In this document: one piece after another, positions 54,566 through 64,000 of the stretch
How positions within the stretch are numbered: position 1 is the first letter of the stretch
Layout: each line of letters starts with the position of its first letter
From: Bacteroidota bacterium
Lineage (GTDB): Bacteria > Bacteroidota > Ignavibacteria > Kapaibacteriales > UBA2268
Assembly: GCA_021824625.1 (NCBI GenBank)
Contig: JAKAKE010000186.1
Span: 3,995 to 67,994, forward strand
Direction: 5' to 3'
DNA length: 64,000 nt
The notes under the pieces: model-generated
Database searches by the model: none
Seen by the model: only the letters and a program-made list of their open reading frames with translations
What the model was told of the DNA's origin: nothing
Made by a program: the position numbers and the translations under genes

Positions 54566-55209
54566 TGCAAATAAGAACAAGTTTTTTTATGAAAAGAATA
54601 GCTGAAAATACAATCAATAGGCTAATAGTCTATAAGAAGGAACTGGAGAGGCTCCGCAAGGATGATGTCAGGAATGTTTTTTCTCATAAGCTGGCTTTTC
54701 TTTCTGGTTTTCCCTCCCATCTCGTCAGGCGCGACCTGATGAATGTCGGCTACAATGGTTCTCCGGCACACGGCTATGATGTAGTTGAACTTGAAAAATG
54801 TATTGCAGATTTTCTCTGTACACCGGGATCAGTCCGTGTTATTTTAATCGGTGTCGGTAATCTCGGCAGAGCCATTCTGGATTACTGCCAACAGCAGAAT
54901 CATAAGATTTCAATGGTAGCGGCTTTCGACAGCGACAAGAATAAAGTCAATAAGGTTTATCATGGAATTTATACTTTTCACATTGACAGCATTAAAAATT
55001 TCATCAAAGAAAATGATATTAAAGTTGCAATTATAACCGTTCCGGCATCCGATGCTCAGGAAATTGCCTCGGCTCTTGTTGAATCAGGTGTCCGAGGAAT
55101 TGTGAATTTTACACCTGCGCGTCTGCAATTAAATGAAGAAGTATATATAGAAAATCTGGATATGATGTTAGGTTTAGAAAAGGTAGTATATTTTGTTGAT
55201 GGCGGTTAA
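54550..55209 (+). CDS. rex: Redox-sensing transcriptional repressor Rex (likely start ATG 54589)
   Basis: RLIVYKKELERL...DLMNVGYNGSPAHGYDV...LIGVGNLGRAILDY Rossmann motif. Confidence 0.85.
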   Translation: MKKITMQIRTSFFMKRIAENTINRLIVYKKELERLRKDDVRNVFSHKLAFLSGFPSHLVRRDLMNVGYNGSPAHGYDVVELEKCIADFLCTPGSVRVILIGVGNLGRAILDYCQQQNHKISMVAAFDSDKNKVNKVYHGIYTFHIDSIKNFIKENDIKVAIITVPASDAQEIASALVESGVRGIVNFTPARLQLNEEVYIENLDMMLGLEKVVYFVDGG

Positions 55210-55258
55210 ATGATTAAGGTATGAAGTTAAGAAATAGGTATTCATTATATTCGGACAT

Positions 55259-55305
55259 CCTGAATCATATTGGTATAACAGCCTTGTGATTCAGGATTTT
55301 TTTTC
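55259..55305 (+). terminator. Rho-independent terminator after rex
   Basis: CCTGAATCA-17 nt loop-TGATTCAGG followed by A + T9. Confidence 0.7.
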
Positions 55306-55704
55306 TCTTTCCTCATTTGTAAAATGAGGATTGCAGAGTTTAACACAGATCCGCCCGGGCATCCGCTGACAAGCTTACCATTTTTGAATATAATGACAGT
55401 GATAAGGTATCATTTAATGACATACATTGATTTGTCTTAATTTTTGAAATCACCGGAATCCGGCTGGGAAAAATTAAGAAATATATCAGATGAACAGTTT
55501 TTTTTATTCAAACCTGGGTAGGGGTGGTTTTTTTTTATCATGAAATACCTTTTCGGTTTCTCAATTTTTTTACTGTGGTTTTCATCTAATTTTGGTTTTT
55601 ATCGGACAACAATGAATTAAAATCATTATTCTGGATTATTTGTTAATATATAAAGTAATATTAAATTACTTTCGTCTAAATAATCGGATGTAATTAAACC
55701 ATAC

Positions 55705-56634
55705 TTGGAGTTTATGAAGAATTCGTCAAAGAAGTTCATTTTAACAATAGCTTTGTTTGTATTTATTTCTATTCTGTTGTCTGGTCAACCTTCAGTTGTA
55801 GGGGTTCAAAATTTTGAACCCCTACCGGAAGTTGAAAGGATTCAAGATATTGAACCCCTACTAGCTGGTGAAAGGGCACAAAATAATGAACCCCTACAAC
55901 AGGGGACATCTGCTACATTACGTGCAATACCAAATGAAGCTTTCGGTTTCGGTGAAAAACTCGATTACAAAGTCGGATATAAATTTATTACTGCAGGAAC
56001 AGGATATTTCTGGATTCAACCGAAGCCGGTTATACGTGGGGATAATCATCAATGCTATGACATACGATTCAGGGTGCAATCGCTCGAAAGCCTTCGTTGG
56101 GTTTACAAGGTAGATGACAATTATAAAACAGTCCTCGACGTTGACGGCATTTTCCCATGGGAATTTGAACAGCATGTGAGGGAAGGGAATTATAGAAAGG
56201 ATGCAAAGGCTGTGTTCGACCAAGTTAATAATTTTGCTTATGCAAATGATAAAAAGTACAATGTTCCTCCTTATGCCCATGACATTGTCTCTGCTTTTTA
56301 CTATGTTCGCACACAAGACTTAAGCTCTATGAAAAAGGGGCATATTTTTTATTTACAAAACTTTTTCGAGGACACAACTTACAACCTTGGTGTTAAGATT
56401 ATGGGAAGAGAGATAATTGAGGTAGATGCCGGAAAATTTAGATGTATCGTTATTCAGCCTCTTGTCGTGCAGGGCGGCTTATTCAAAAGCGAAGGGAATA
56501 TTTATATTTGGCTGACTGATGACGAAAGAAAAATTCCGGTTAAGGTAGCAACAAAGATAATTATTGGTTATGTCGGTGCCGAACTTATTAAATACAGCGG
56601 CATCCGCGGTCCTATAAATGCAAAAATTGATTAA
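55705..56634 (+). CDS. DUF3108-domain protein with signal peptide (probable start ATG 55714)
   Basis: FGFGEKLDYKVGYKFITAGTGYFWIQ... is a DUF3108-like core. The N-terminal linker contains REP-like palindromes. Confidence 0.65.
   Translation: MEFMKNSSKKFILTIALFVFISILLSGQPSVVGVQNFEPLPEVERIQDIEPLLAGERAQNNEPLQQGTSATLRAIPNEAFGFGEKLDYKVGYKFITAGTGYFWIQPKPVIRGDNHQCYDIRFRVQSLESLRWVYKVDDNYKTVLDVDGIFPWEFEQHVREGNYRKDAKAVFDQVNNFAYANDKKYNVPPYAHDIVSAFYYVRTQDLSSMKKGHIFYLQNFFEDTTYNLGVKIMGREIIEVDAGKFRCIVIQPLVVQGGLFKSEGNIYIWLTDDERKIPVKVATKIIIGYVGAELIKYSGIRGPINAKID
55798..55825. repeat. Perfect 28-bp palindrome GTAGGGGTTCAAAATTTTGAACCCCTAC inside the DUF3108 ORF
   Basis: Read directly. Two degenerate copies follow at 55831-55861 and 55868-55896. 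Confidence 0.9.
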
Positions 56635-56650
56635 AAAAATAATATAAAGG

Positions 56651-57286
56651 ATGAATGGTATGAGAAATTTTTTTAAAGTTTTAGCGATTCTAATGATTAT
56701 AAACATAAGTGTTTTATATTCACAAACTCCCGATAAGGATGAATGTTTCAAACATCTTATTGAAAAATATGGTAAAATGAACTCAGTATCATTTAAATTT
56801 ACATCCCCGGAATCAAAAAATTTTCAGGGTTCACTTATAGCTATGAAAGGCGGCAAATATGTGATTGATACAAAGGACAGGGTTGTGTATTGCAACGGGG
56901 AAACTGTTTGGAATAATTCAATCTCTGACAATAAAGTAATCATCAACAGTTATGATAACACTTATTCCAATCCGATGTCAATCGAGAAATTCTTTTTCAA
57001 TTTTCTCGAACAATATGCACCAACCGAGCTAACCGAATCAACTTCTTCGTCTGGTACAAAATCTTATGTTCTTCAGTTAACTCCAAAATCCGAAAAATCA
57101 TTCAACATTGATGATTTAAAAATCTGGATTGACCCTAAAAATTATATTATCAGGTCTATCAAACTGAAAATTGGAGGTAAAATTCAAACCTTGATTATTG
57201 ATGATTTGGTAATTGACAAAAAATATTCTGATAAAACTTTTGTATTTGTTCCAACAGGTAAAGAACAAGTTATTGATTTCAGGTAA
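56651..57286 (+). CDS. LolA-like outer-membrane lipoprotein carrier/sorting protein
   Basis: Signal peptide. F.F......F.G.L....GKY.ID....V.CNGETVWN....NKV.I pattern. Confidence 0.55.
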   Translation: MNGMRNFFKVLAILMIINISVLYSQTPDKDECFKHLIEKYGKMNSVSFKFTSPESKNFQGSLIAMKGGKYVIDTKDRVVYCNGETVWNNSISDNKVIINSYDNTYSNPMSIEKFFFNFLEQYAPTELTESTSSSGTKSYVLQLTPKSEKSFNIDDLKIWIDPKNYIIRSIKLKIGGKIQTLIIDDLVIDKKYSDKTFVFVPTGKEQVIDFR

Positions 57287-57401
57287 GATTGTTTTAAATA
57301 AATCGGAATTTACATTCTGGAATGTTATTTTACTGCTATGTCTTTTTTATATACTAAAGTTAACATCCCATTAAATAAGAAACCAACTGTCAAGTTTACA
57401 G

Positions 57402-57435
57402 AAATCCATGTATTAAAAATCATGGATTTTTTTTT
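57402..57435 (+). terminator. Rho-independent terminator after the LolA-like gene
   Basis: AAATCCATG-10 nt loop-CATGGATTT followed by a T run. Confidence 0.7.
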
Positions 57436-57541
57436 AAATGATCAGACCTGTTTTTTTTTGAGAGATGTTAAGATAGTATATTTGCAGGTTTAAAAAATAA
57501 TAAAGCAATTTTTTTTATAACGAAAGTTTTAGAGGAGTATT

Positions 57542-59494
57542 ATGCTAAAGTTTTTTTATTTAAATTTCTTAATATGTATCTTTTTTATTCAAACAGCATA
57601 TTCAAAAACAGACAGTTCCAATAATCCCAAAATATTTATTATGGATAGCATTGTTGTTACTGCCAGCAGGATACCAGCATTATATTCATCAACTCTAAGA
57701 ATAGTTCATAACATATCAAACAATGAAATAATAAATTCGCCTGTTCAAAGCATTAATTGTTTACTTAAAAATATTCCAAATGTCGATGTAAGGCAAAGGG
57801 GACCTTTTGACGTACAATCAGATATTGGAATCAGAGGAGGAACTTTTGACCAAACATTAATTCTGGTTAATGGAATTAAGGTAAACGATGCTCAAACAGG
57901 CCACCATAATTTGGACTTACCTCTCTCAATATTTGATATTGAAAAAATTGAGGTACTTGAAGGTTCCGGTTCACGAGTTCTTGGGCCTAATGCTTTTGGT
58001 GGTGCTATTAATTTTATAACGAAAGAAGTAAAGGAAAATGAATTGAGCTTAAACATATCCGGAGGTGAGTTTGGTTTTTTCAATTTATCAGGTTCACTTT
58101 CTTATAATATTGGCAATTTAAATAACTATTTATCATTAGCAAAAACAGGCTCAAGTGGTTACATTACTGATACCGATTTTCAGAATTGGAATATTTTTTA
58201 CCAGGGTGGAATTAGCACAGCTGTAGGTAATTTCAATGCTAATATAGGTTACACAAAAAAAGATTTTGGTGCTAATAGTTTTTATACTCCTGCTTTTCCT
58301 AATCAATATGAATCAACAAATACTCTCTTTGTTTCAGCTAAATACTCAACCGGGGATAAATTGAAATATACAGTTAATCTTTATTACAGGCAACACAGTG
58401 ACAAGTTTGAACTTTTTCGAAATTATCCAGAAAGTTGGTACCCGGGCCATAACTATCATTTGACAAATAATATTGGCGGCAGTTCTGATTTTTCACTTGG
58501 CTGGCTCGGAGGCAATACCTCCTTTGGTGTGGAATTACATAACGAAAACATTAACAGCAACGTTCTCGGAAATGCAACCGGTGATTCAATTAATGTGCCG
58601 GGAGAACCAGGGGCATACTTTACAAAGTATGCATCGAGAGATAATTTAAGCTTATTCTTTGAACACAATGTGAATCTAAAGAACTTTTACCTATCAGGAG
58701 GTTTTATGATTAATTGGATAACTGATTACAATTGGGAAACTTACGGTGGTTTTGATGCCGGTTATAAAATCAATGATAAGCTGCACATCATTTCTTCAAT
58801 CAATCAATCATTTCGAGTACCAACTTTTACTGATTTATACTATAGTGGGCCATCAAATATCGGGAATCCGAAACTAAAACCTGAAGAAGCCGTTACTTAT
58901 GAAGTTGGAATAAAATATCTCAATGAAAATACAAATTCTTTTTTAACATTATTCCACAGAGATGGGAAAGATATAATTGACTGGATTCGTTCTGCCGATA
59001 CGCTTCTCTGGCAAAGTATGAATTTAACAAATGTATCGAGTATAGGAACCGAATTTTCATTTTCTTATTATCCAACAGAAAAAATATTAAATATACTGCC
59101 TATTAAGTCTGTTATGTTAAGTTATACTTATATCTGGATGTCAAAACAAAGCGGAAATTTTCTTTCAAATTATGTTCTTGACTACCTTAAACATAAACTG
59201 ACATTTAACCTTCAATATATGCTCTATGATGATTTGGGTGTGAATTGGAAGGTGCTTCTTGAAAGCCGTGAGGGGACATATCTTGATGCAGCTTCGAACA
59301 CTGAGAAAGATTATCAGCCATTCTTATTACTTGATGCTCAAATATATTATAATTTTAAATCTTTCAGATTTTATGTTGAGGGGACCAACCTTCTGAATAC
59401 TTTTTATCGTGACCACAGCTATGTACCAACTCCTGGCAGATGGCTCATTTGCGGCTTTTCTCACAACTTAAAATTGGATGACAATGGTAATTAA
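57542..59494 (+). CDS. TonB-dependent receptor
   Basis: Plug-domain motifs DSIVVTASR, VDVRQRG......IGIRGG and LILVNGIKVND. Beta-barrel with a C-terminal aromatic-rich end. Confidence 0.85.
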   Translation: MLKFFYLNFLICIFFIQTAYSKTDSSNNPKIFIMDSIVVTASRIPALYSSTLRIVHNISNNEIINSPVQSINCLLKNIPNVDVRQRGPFDVQSDIGIRGGTFDQTLILVNGIKVNDAQTGHHNLDLPLSIFDIEKIEVLEGSGSRVLGPNAFGGAINFITKEVKENELSLNISGGEFGFFNLSGSLSYNIGNLNNYLSLAKTGSSGYITDTDFQNWNIFYQGGISTAVGNFNANIGYTKKDFGANSFYTPAFPNQYESTNTLFVSAKYSTGDKLKYTVNLYYRQHSDKFELFRNYPESWYPGHNYHLTNNIGGSSDFSLGWLGGNTSFGVELHNENINSNVLGNATGDSINVPGEPGAYFTKYASRDNLSLFFEHNVNLKNFYLSGGFMINWITDYNWETYGGFDAGYKINDKLHIISSINQSFRVPTFTDLYYSGPSNIGNPKLKPEEAVTYEVGIKYLNENTNSFLTLFHRDGKDIIDWIRSADTLLWQSMNLTNVSSIGTEFSFSYYPTEKILNILPIKSVMLSYTYIWMSKQSGNFLSNYVLDYLKHKLTFNLQYMLYDDLGVNWKVLLESREGTYLDAASNTEKDYQPFLLLDAQIYYNFKSFRFYVEGTNLLNTFYRDHSYVPTPGRWLICGFSHNLKLDDNGN

Positions 59495-59692
59495 AATTAC
59501 TAAGAGAGCCTCACTTCAATTGTTTTTTAATCAATGATGGATAAATCTTTGTCGGTAAATAACATTGACTTGTAAAGAATTTACTAACTATTGACGATTA
59601 ATTTTATGAATCAATGTCTGAAAAGATTATTTGTATTTTATATATACAATAATTGGTTTTAATTTTGTTTAAAGGAGATAAATATTTATTAA

Positions 59693-60319
59693 ATGTACAA
59701 ATTTTATTTTTATATTATTTTAACTTGCTTTTTAGGGATTGTATCCTGTTCCTCTGTCAGGACAAATACTTCTGCAAAAAAGGCACCACCCCAAAAATCT
59801 TTAACGTTAAAAAAAACTGATACAAAAATTCAGGAACAGATAAAACCGGTAACAAAACCGAAATCCAGATTTACCGATACAACAAAAGTTGTGATTAAAC
59901 CCAATATAAGAACAACGCACGTTTCAATAAATTCACAGCTCGACACAGCCATTGTTAATTTTGAAAAAGCAAGTGAAGAACAGGATGTTGAAAAACTCGA
60001 CGAAGCCTGCCTCGAAATTAAATCTTTTGGGGAAACATTTGCCGAAGGGGATTCATTGAAGTTTGAAGCAATGTTTTATAAGAGTGAATGTCTGATATTA
60101 AAACAAGATTTCGAAGAAGCCGAAAAGGTATTGTCCGATATTGCAAAAGATAAGTTAGTCCCAAATTCTGTTCTTGAAAAATCCCTTGTAAGACTTGGAC
60201 AGGTTTATTGTGCATTGGACAGAAAGAAAGATGCTCAATCAATGTTTTCAAAATTCAGGAAAAAATTTCCCGACTCAATATATAAGGAGATTGCAAATTG
60301 CGAGGCAATCCGCCAGTAA
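59693..60319 (+). CDS. Lipoprotein with a C-terminal TPR/YbgF-like helical domain
   Basis: Lipobox GIVSC. K/T/P-rich linker. Helical repeat tail. Confidence 0.45.
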   Translation: MYKFYFYIILTCFLGIVSCSSVRTNTSAKKAPPQKSLTLKKTDTKIQEQIKPVTKPKSRFTDTTKVVIKPNIRTTHVSINSQLDTAIVNFEKASEEQDVEKLDEACLEIKSFGETFAEGDSLKFEAMFYKSECLILKQDFEEAEKVLSDIAKDKLVPNSVLEKSLVRLGQVYCALDRKKDAQSMFSKFRKKFPDSIYKEIANCEAIRQ

Positions 60320-60325
60320 ATTTGA

Positions 60326-61408
60326 TTAAAGAATTTCCCTTCTCAATGGATAATTTTTTCTCAACATATCAAATACATCAGTATTTGTGTTTCTTTCATT
60401 CATAATTTCCTTTAAATTCCTTGTGTCTTCATCAATTTCTCTTGATTTTTGCAAAAGGCTGTATAGTTTATCGCAATCAGAAAAGAAAATTGGAGGCAAT
60501 GGCTTATATTGAGATAAATCCTGATTTATTTCTGTATAATCAGGTTCAAGTCCTGTGAACTCTTTGAAAGAATCAGCCATAATTTTAGCACCCCTGATTT
60601 TTCCGTCTCTTGAATAACCCGCAATATGAGGAGTGGCTATGATTGCTTTGTTCAGAAATTCTTTGTTTATTTTTGGTTCATTTGCCCAGACATCAATAGC
60701 AATATAAATCAAATCAACTTCATGCCTGGCTAATAGTGCTTTTTCATCAACAACTCCTCCCCGTGAAGTATGAATAAATAATGAACCGGGTTTTATTAAT
60801 TTAATATTTTGTTCATTGAAAAGATTATGTGTTGGATAAGAACCAACAATTGTAAGCGGCACATGGTTGGTAATAATATCTGACCTAGCGATTAATTCAT
60901 CCAGCCCGGTGTATTCAACATATTCCGGAAAATCGCAGCCGCTATCCTTCAACGGAGGGTCATTCACAAGTATTTTCATTCCCATATAATTTGAATATCT
61001 CGCAACGATTTTACCAATATTGCCAAATCCCACAATTCCAATTGTTTTATTTTCAATTTCGGATTGGATTAAACTTCGCCATTTCAAAATTGAATAAACA
61101 ACATACTCAGCAACTGAATTGGCATTTGAACCGGGAGCAAAGGTAAAGGTTATATTATTTATTTTCAGATATTCGACATCAACATGGTCTATTCCAGAAG
61201 TTGCAGTTCCTATAAATTTAACGGAAGTTCCTTCAATCAAGGTAGAATCAATCTTCGTAGTTGACCTCACAAAAAGTGATGAACAGCTTGATTTTATCAA
61301 TTCATGTTTCGATAACTCTCTTCCTGAGTAACCGGTTATTTTGCCGCAAGGTCTCAGAGCTTCTGCGAGCAAGGGTATATTTTCATCAACTAAGATAATT
61401 TGCTTCAT
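60326..61408 (-). CDS. pdxB: 4-phosphoerythronate dehydrogenase
   Basis: ILVDENIP...FVRS.TK....L......KFIGTATSGIDHVD. GIVGFGNIG. C-terminal FDMLRKNYPLRRE, as in E. coli PdxB. Confidence 0.85.
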   Translation of the reverse strand: MKQIILVDENIPLLAEALRPCGKITGYSGRELSKHELIKSSCSSLFVRSTTKIDSTLIEGTSVKFIGTATSGIDHVDVEYLKINNITFTFAPGSNANSVAEYVVYSILKWRSLIQSEIENKTIGIVGFGNIGKIVARYSNYMGMKILVNDPPLKDSGCDFPEYVEYTGLDELIARSDIITNHVPLTIVGSYPTHNLFNEQNIKLIKPGSLFIHTSRGGVVDEKALLARHEVDLIYIAIDVWANEPKINKEFLNKAIIATPHIAGYSRDGKIRGAKIMADSFKEFTGLEPDYTEINQDLSQYKPLPPIFFSDCDKLYSLLQKSREIDEDTRNLKEIMNERNTNTDVFDMLRKNYPLRREIL

Positions 61409-61774
61409 AATATTACTAAACTAATCATAAATTTAATAACAGATTTAACCTCTGTAATAGTAATTACATTGTAACAGAATTTTCAATTTATTATTTTCAA
61501 TTTTTATTGAATTATTAATGAGCAAAATATCAAATATTTAATTTATAAAATGAATATCTAATTTAATCAGATAATAAATTGGTCGAACACATATAGTTAA
61601 TTCCTTTTTTACATTGGAAAATTTGCAAAATTCATTGATAATAGCAAAATTGAAAATTATAAATTAAAGTTTTTAGAAATAATAATTTATAAGTGATACA
61701 ATTTAATAATTAATAATTATTTTGTAAATTAGCTTTGATGTATTTATTTTCAAAAATTATTTAATTTTAACAGA

Positions 61775-62602
61775 ATGGATTACGCCGCAGGCTCAGACCA
61801 GGTATTTCGTAAAGTAACGACACTCCGTTTATTGGAGATGAAAAAAGCAGGAATAAAAATCTCCTGTCTGACAGCTTATGATGCTCTTATAGCAAGGATA
61901 TTGGACGAATCGGGCATAGATTTGATTCTAGTTGGCGATTCTCTTGGAAACGTAGTTCAGGGCAAGGAAACAACATTACCCGTAACTATTGAAGAGACAA
62001 TCTATCATACAAAGGCAGTCCTTCAGGGAGCCAAAAGACCCTTAGTCGTTGCCGATATGCCTTTCATGAGTTTCCAGGTATCACCTGAAGAAGCATTCCG
62101 CAATGCCGGTAAAATTATGAAAGAAACAGGATGTTCGGCATTAAAGCTTGAGGGTGGTAAACTCGTTGTTGATGCTATTGCACGTATGACAGAGGCAGGT
62201 ATTCCTGCTATGGGCCATCTCGGTTTAACACCTCAGAGTATAAACAGATTTGGGACTTATAAAGCGAGGGGTACTACTAAGGATGAAGCAGACCAAATTC
62301 TTAATGATGCAAAATTATTGGAGGAAGCTGGTGTTTTTGCAATTGTCCTTGAAAAAATTCCCTCGGAGCTTGGAAAAAAAATAACAGAATCCCTGGCTAT
62401 ACCAACAATTGGAATAGGTGCAGGCCCCTATTGTGACGGACAGATTCTTGTTTATACCGATATGCTTGGACTGACGATTGATTTCAGTCCCAGATTTGTC
62501 CGCCGCTATGCCCGGTTATATGATGGAATCAAAGATGCAACCATAAAATACACAGAAGATGTTAAGAACAAAAATTTTCCCAATGAACAAGAAAGTTATT
62601 GA
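61775..62602 (+). CDS. panB: 3-methyl-2-oxobutanoate hydroxymethyltransferase
   Basis: LTAYDA...[13 protein letters not shown]...ADMPF...KLEGG motifs. Confidence 0.92.
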   Translation: MDYAAGSDQVFRKVTTLRLLEMKKAGIKISCLTAYDALIARILDESGIDLILVGDSLGNVVQGKETTLPVTIEETIYHTKAVLQGAKRPLVVADMPFMSFQVSPEEAFRNAGKIMKETGCSALKLEGGKLVVDAIARMTEAGIPAMGHLGLTPQSINRFGTYKARGTTKDEADQILNDAKLLEEAGVFAIVLEKIPSELGKKITESLAIPTIGIGAGPYCDGQILVYTDMLGLTIDFSPRFVRRYARLYDGIKDATIKYTEDVKNKNFPNEQESY

Positions 62603-63018
62603 TGAGATTAAAAATATATTATATTGGTATAATATTTTCTTTTTTATTCTTTATTAAGTTGGTTGTCGGTTGTGGGACTGAATCCATTGGACCCGATACA
62701 AATATAGTATTTCCGGATTCATTAGTCAGCTATATACATAATGTTGAGCCTTTTATGAGGATAAAATGTGCTTATAGCGGTTGTCATTGTGACCCTCCCT
62801 ATAATTATTCTGCTTCGACAATGACAAATTATTTTTCATTGTTCAGTCCCGATAATCTTGGTTTAGTCATTGCAGATAAGCCCGATAATAGTGTATTAAT
62901 CCAAATTTTGGATGGGAGACTACCGCACTCATACTATCTGTTTCCACAGGGATATATAACTCCAAACCAAATTAAAGGCATGAGGAAATGGATTGAAGAA
63001 GGAGCTAAAAACAATTAA
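62599..63018 (+). CDS. Lipoprotein with a cytochrome-c-like (PSCyt1-type) domain and an atypical CX4CH motif
   Basis: Lipobox [19 protein letters not shown]...[12 protein letters not shown]...[17 protein letters not shown] follows the planctomycete-type cytochrome c domain pattern as I recall it. ATGA overlap with panB. Confidence 0.4.
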   Translation: MMRLKIYYIGIIFSFLFFIKLVVGCGTESIGPDTNIVFPDSLVSYIHNVEPFMRIKCAYSGCHCDPPYNYSASTMTNYFSLFSPDNLGLVIADKPDNSVLIQILDGRLPHSYYLFPQGYITPNQIKGMRKWIEEGAKNN

Positions 63019-63076
63019 TTTTGCTAATAGATAAAGATAAATATTTTTTAAATATATTTAAGTATTATGGAGTTAT

Positions 63077-64000
63077 TATGAAAAAATTGTTAACACTTTT
63101 ATCTCTTTTTTTTATTGCTTTATTACTTTGGAACTGCACACCCAAAGCCGAGCCCGAAGAAATTACGGGAATGACTGAATATCAAGACCCTGTCGTGAAA
63201 TTTTCGCTCAAACTTCCGCAAAATTGGATAATTATACCTACAATTGGAAGCAGGGTTACTGCCTTTTCATCAAAAGGCTCCAAAGACAGGTTTCTCCAAT
63301 ATGACGCTGAAGGCAGGGCAGGTGCTAAAATTGACCTTTATGCCAAGAAGCTCGATTCAGGTAAAACATTCGAAGTATTTATGGCTAAAACGAAAAATTT
63401 CCAACCACAGATTTATTCCAAGCCTGTGGTCGTGAAATTAGACGGTGTGGATGCCTATAAACAAACTTACTCTTTCGAATTGTCTGATGGTATGTTGGAA
63501 GGTGAAGTTTACTATGCTACAAAAGACGGTAAATATGCTACTGCTCTATTTATTGAAGCATTTGGAGGCACACTGCACGGATACCATAAGTATATTGAAG
63601 AAATACTTGCGTCGGTAAAGCTGGCTTACGAACCTGAATCGAAAAAAACCGATACTGTCAAAGTCGAAGCAGAACCTCCTTCACAAAATTTAACAACAAG
63701 AGGTGGAGATGGTTATACAATTTCTATTCCCGATAACTTTACCTCGACAACAGGTTCTGCAAGGGATGCCTTGAGTTCAAGAAACTATATAGGAGACCGC
63801 AGGGCTGATTGCAATATTCAGGTTGATGTTCTTGATGCAACAAAACAACAAGACCTGAAAAAAATTGTTGACGATAGTAAAAATAAAGCAAAGTATGGAA
63901 ATTCTTCTGCATCAGCAACATCTCTTGGAGGACAGTCAGCTTATGTATTCAGCTACACTCCGGGCAGGAATGTTCAAAGCCGTGTTTTCTTTGTTATAAA
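63077..64000 (+). CDS. Hypothetical lipoprotein, 3'-truncated by the window end
   Basis: ATG 63077, lipobox LLLWNC. The frame stays open to position 64000 (translated by hand). It is absent from the ORF track because it is open-ended. Two similar halves of about 140 aa. Confidence 0.6.

Noticed and set aside
57287-57541. Cobalamin or other riboswitch upstream of the TonB-dependent receptor
   Set aside because: There is no B12 box (GCCACTG-like) or other conserved riboswitch core. The region contains only a terminator hairpin and AT-rich promoter-like sequence.
63244-63435. 63-aa ORF from the ORF track
   Set aside because: A different frame (ATG 63077, open to the window end) gives a lipoprotein with a signal peptide and lipobox, and it covers this region.

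Overview
This is a low-GC bacterial chromosomal segment (about one-third GC by eye, not computed) with Shine-Dalgarno-type ribosome-binding sites. It is most likely from the FCB superphylum, possibly Ignavibacteria-like. The evidence is a T9SS C-terminal sorting-domain cargo protein, DUF2851/DUF3108/LolA-like genes, and REP-like palindromes in the intergenic DNA. I call about 65 protein-coding genes. I recognised no rRNA, tRNA, CRISPR array, transposase or integrase. Housekeeping genes (ferritin fragment, truA, pyrF, ogg, xth, purD, acyP, rex, pdxB, panB) are interspersed with three notable regions. (1) A tight six-gene same-strand cluster at 24.7-31.2 kb has two CHASE2-type membrane proteins with no output domain, followed by four diverged secreted paralogues that read as FecR-like + DUF928-like fusions. 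This is my top candidate for an undescribed envelope sensing system. (2) A toxin-antitoxin/defence-type islet lies at 13.9-19.6 kb. It holds DUF4160/DUF2442 twice, MntA/HepT, HicB/HicA, an orphan HicB, and an AT-rich orphan 364-aa + 69-aa gene pair. It is followed by a SRAP + beta-CASP nuclease pair. (3) The intergenic DNA is unusually repeat-rich. It contains tandem arrays of 103 bp x3.3, 76 bp x2.5 and 46 bp x3, 7-bp-period AT microsatellites that supply stop codons, a G-quadruplex-type motif, and palindromes inserted in frame into a coding region. I also note candidate regulatory sites: a Rex box overlapping the rex start, a sigma-54 -24/-12 motif, and a TetR-region operator. All calls come from reading the sequence and the ORF translations. 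No HMM, BLAST or folding computation was run, so family assignments are motif- and memory-based.
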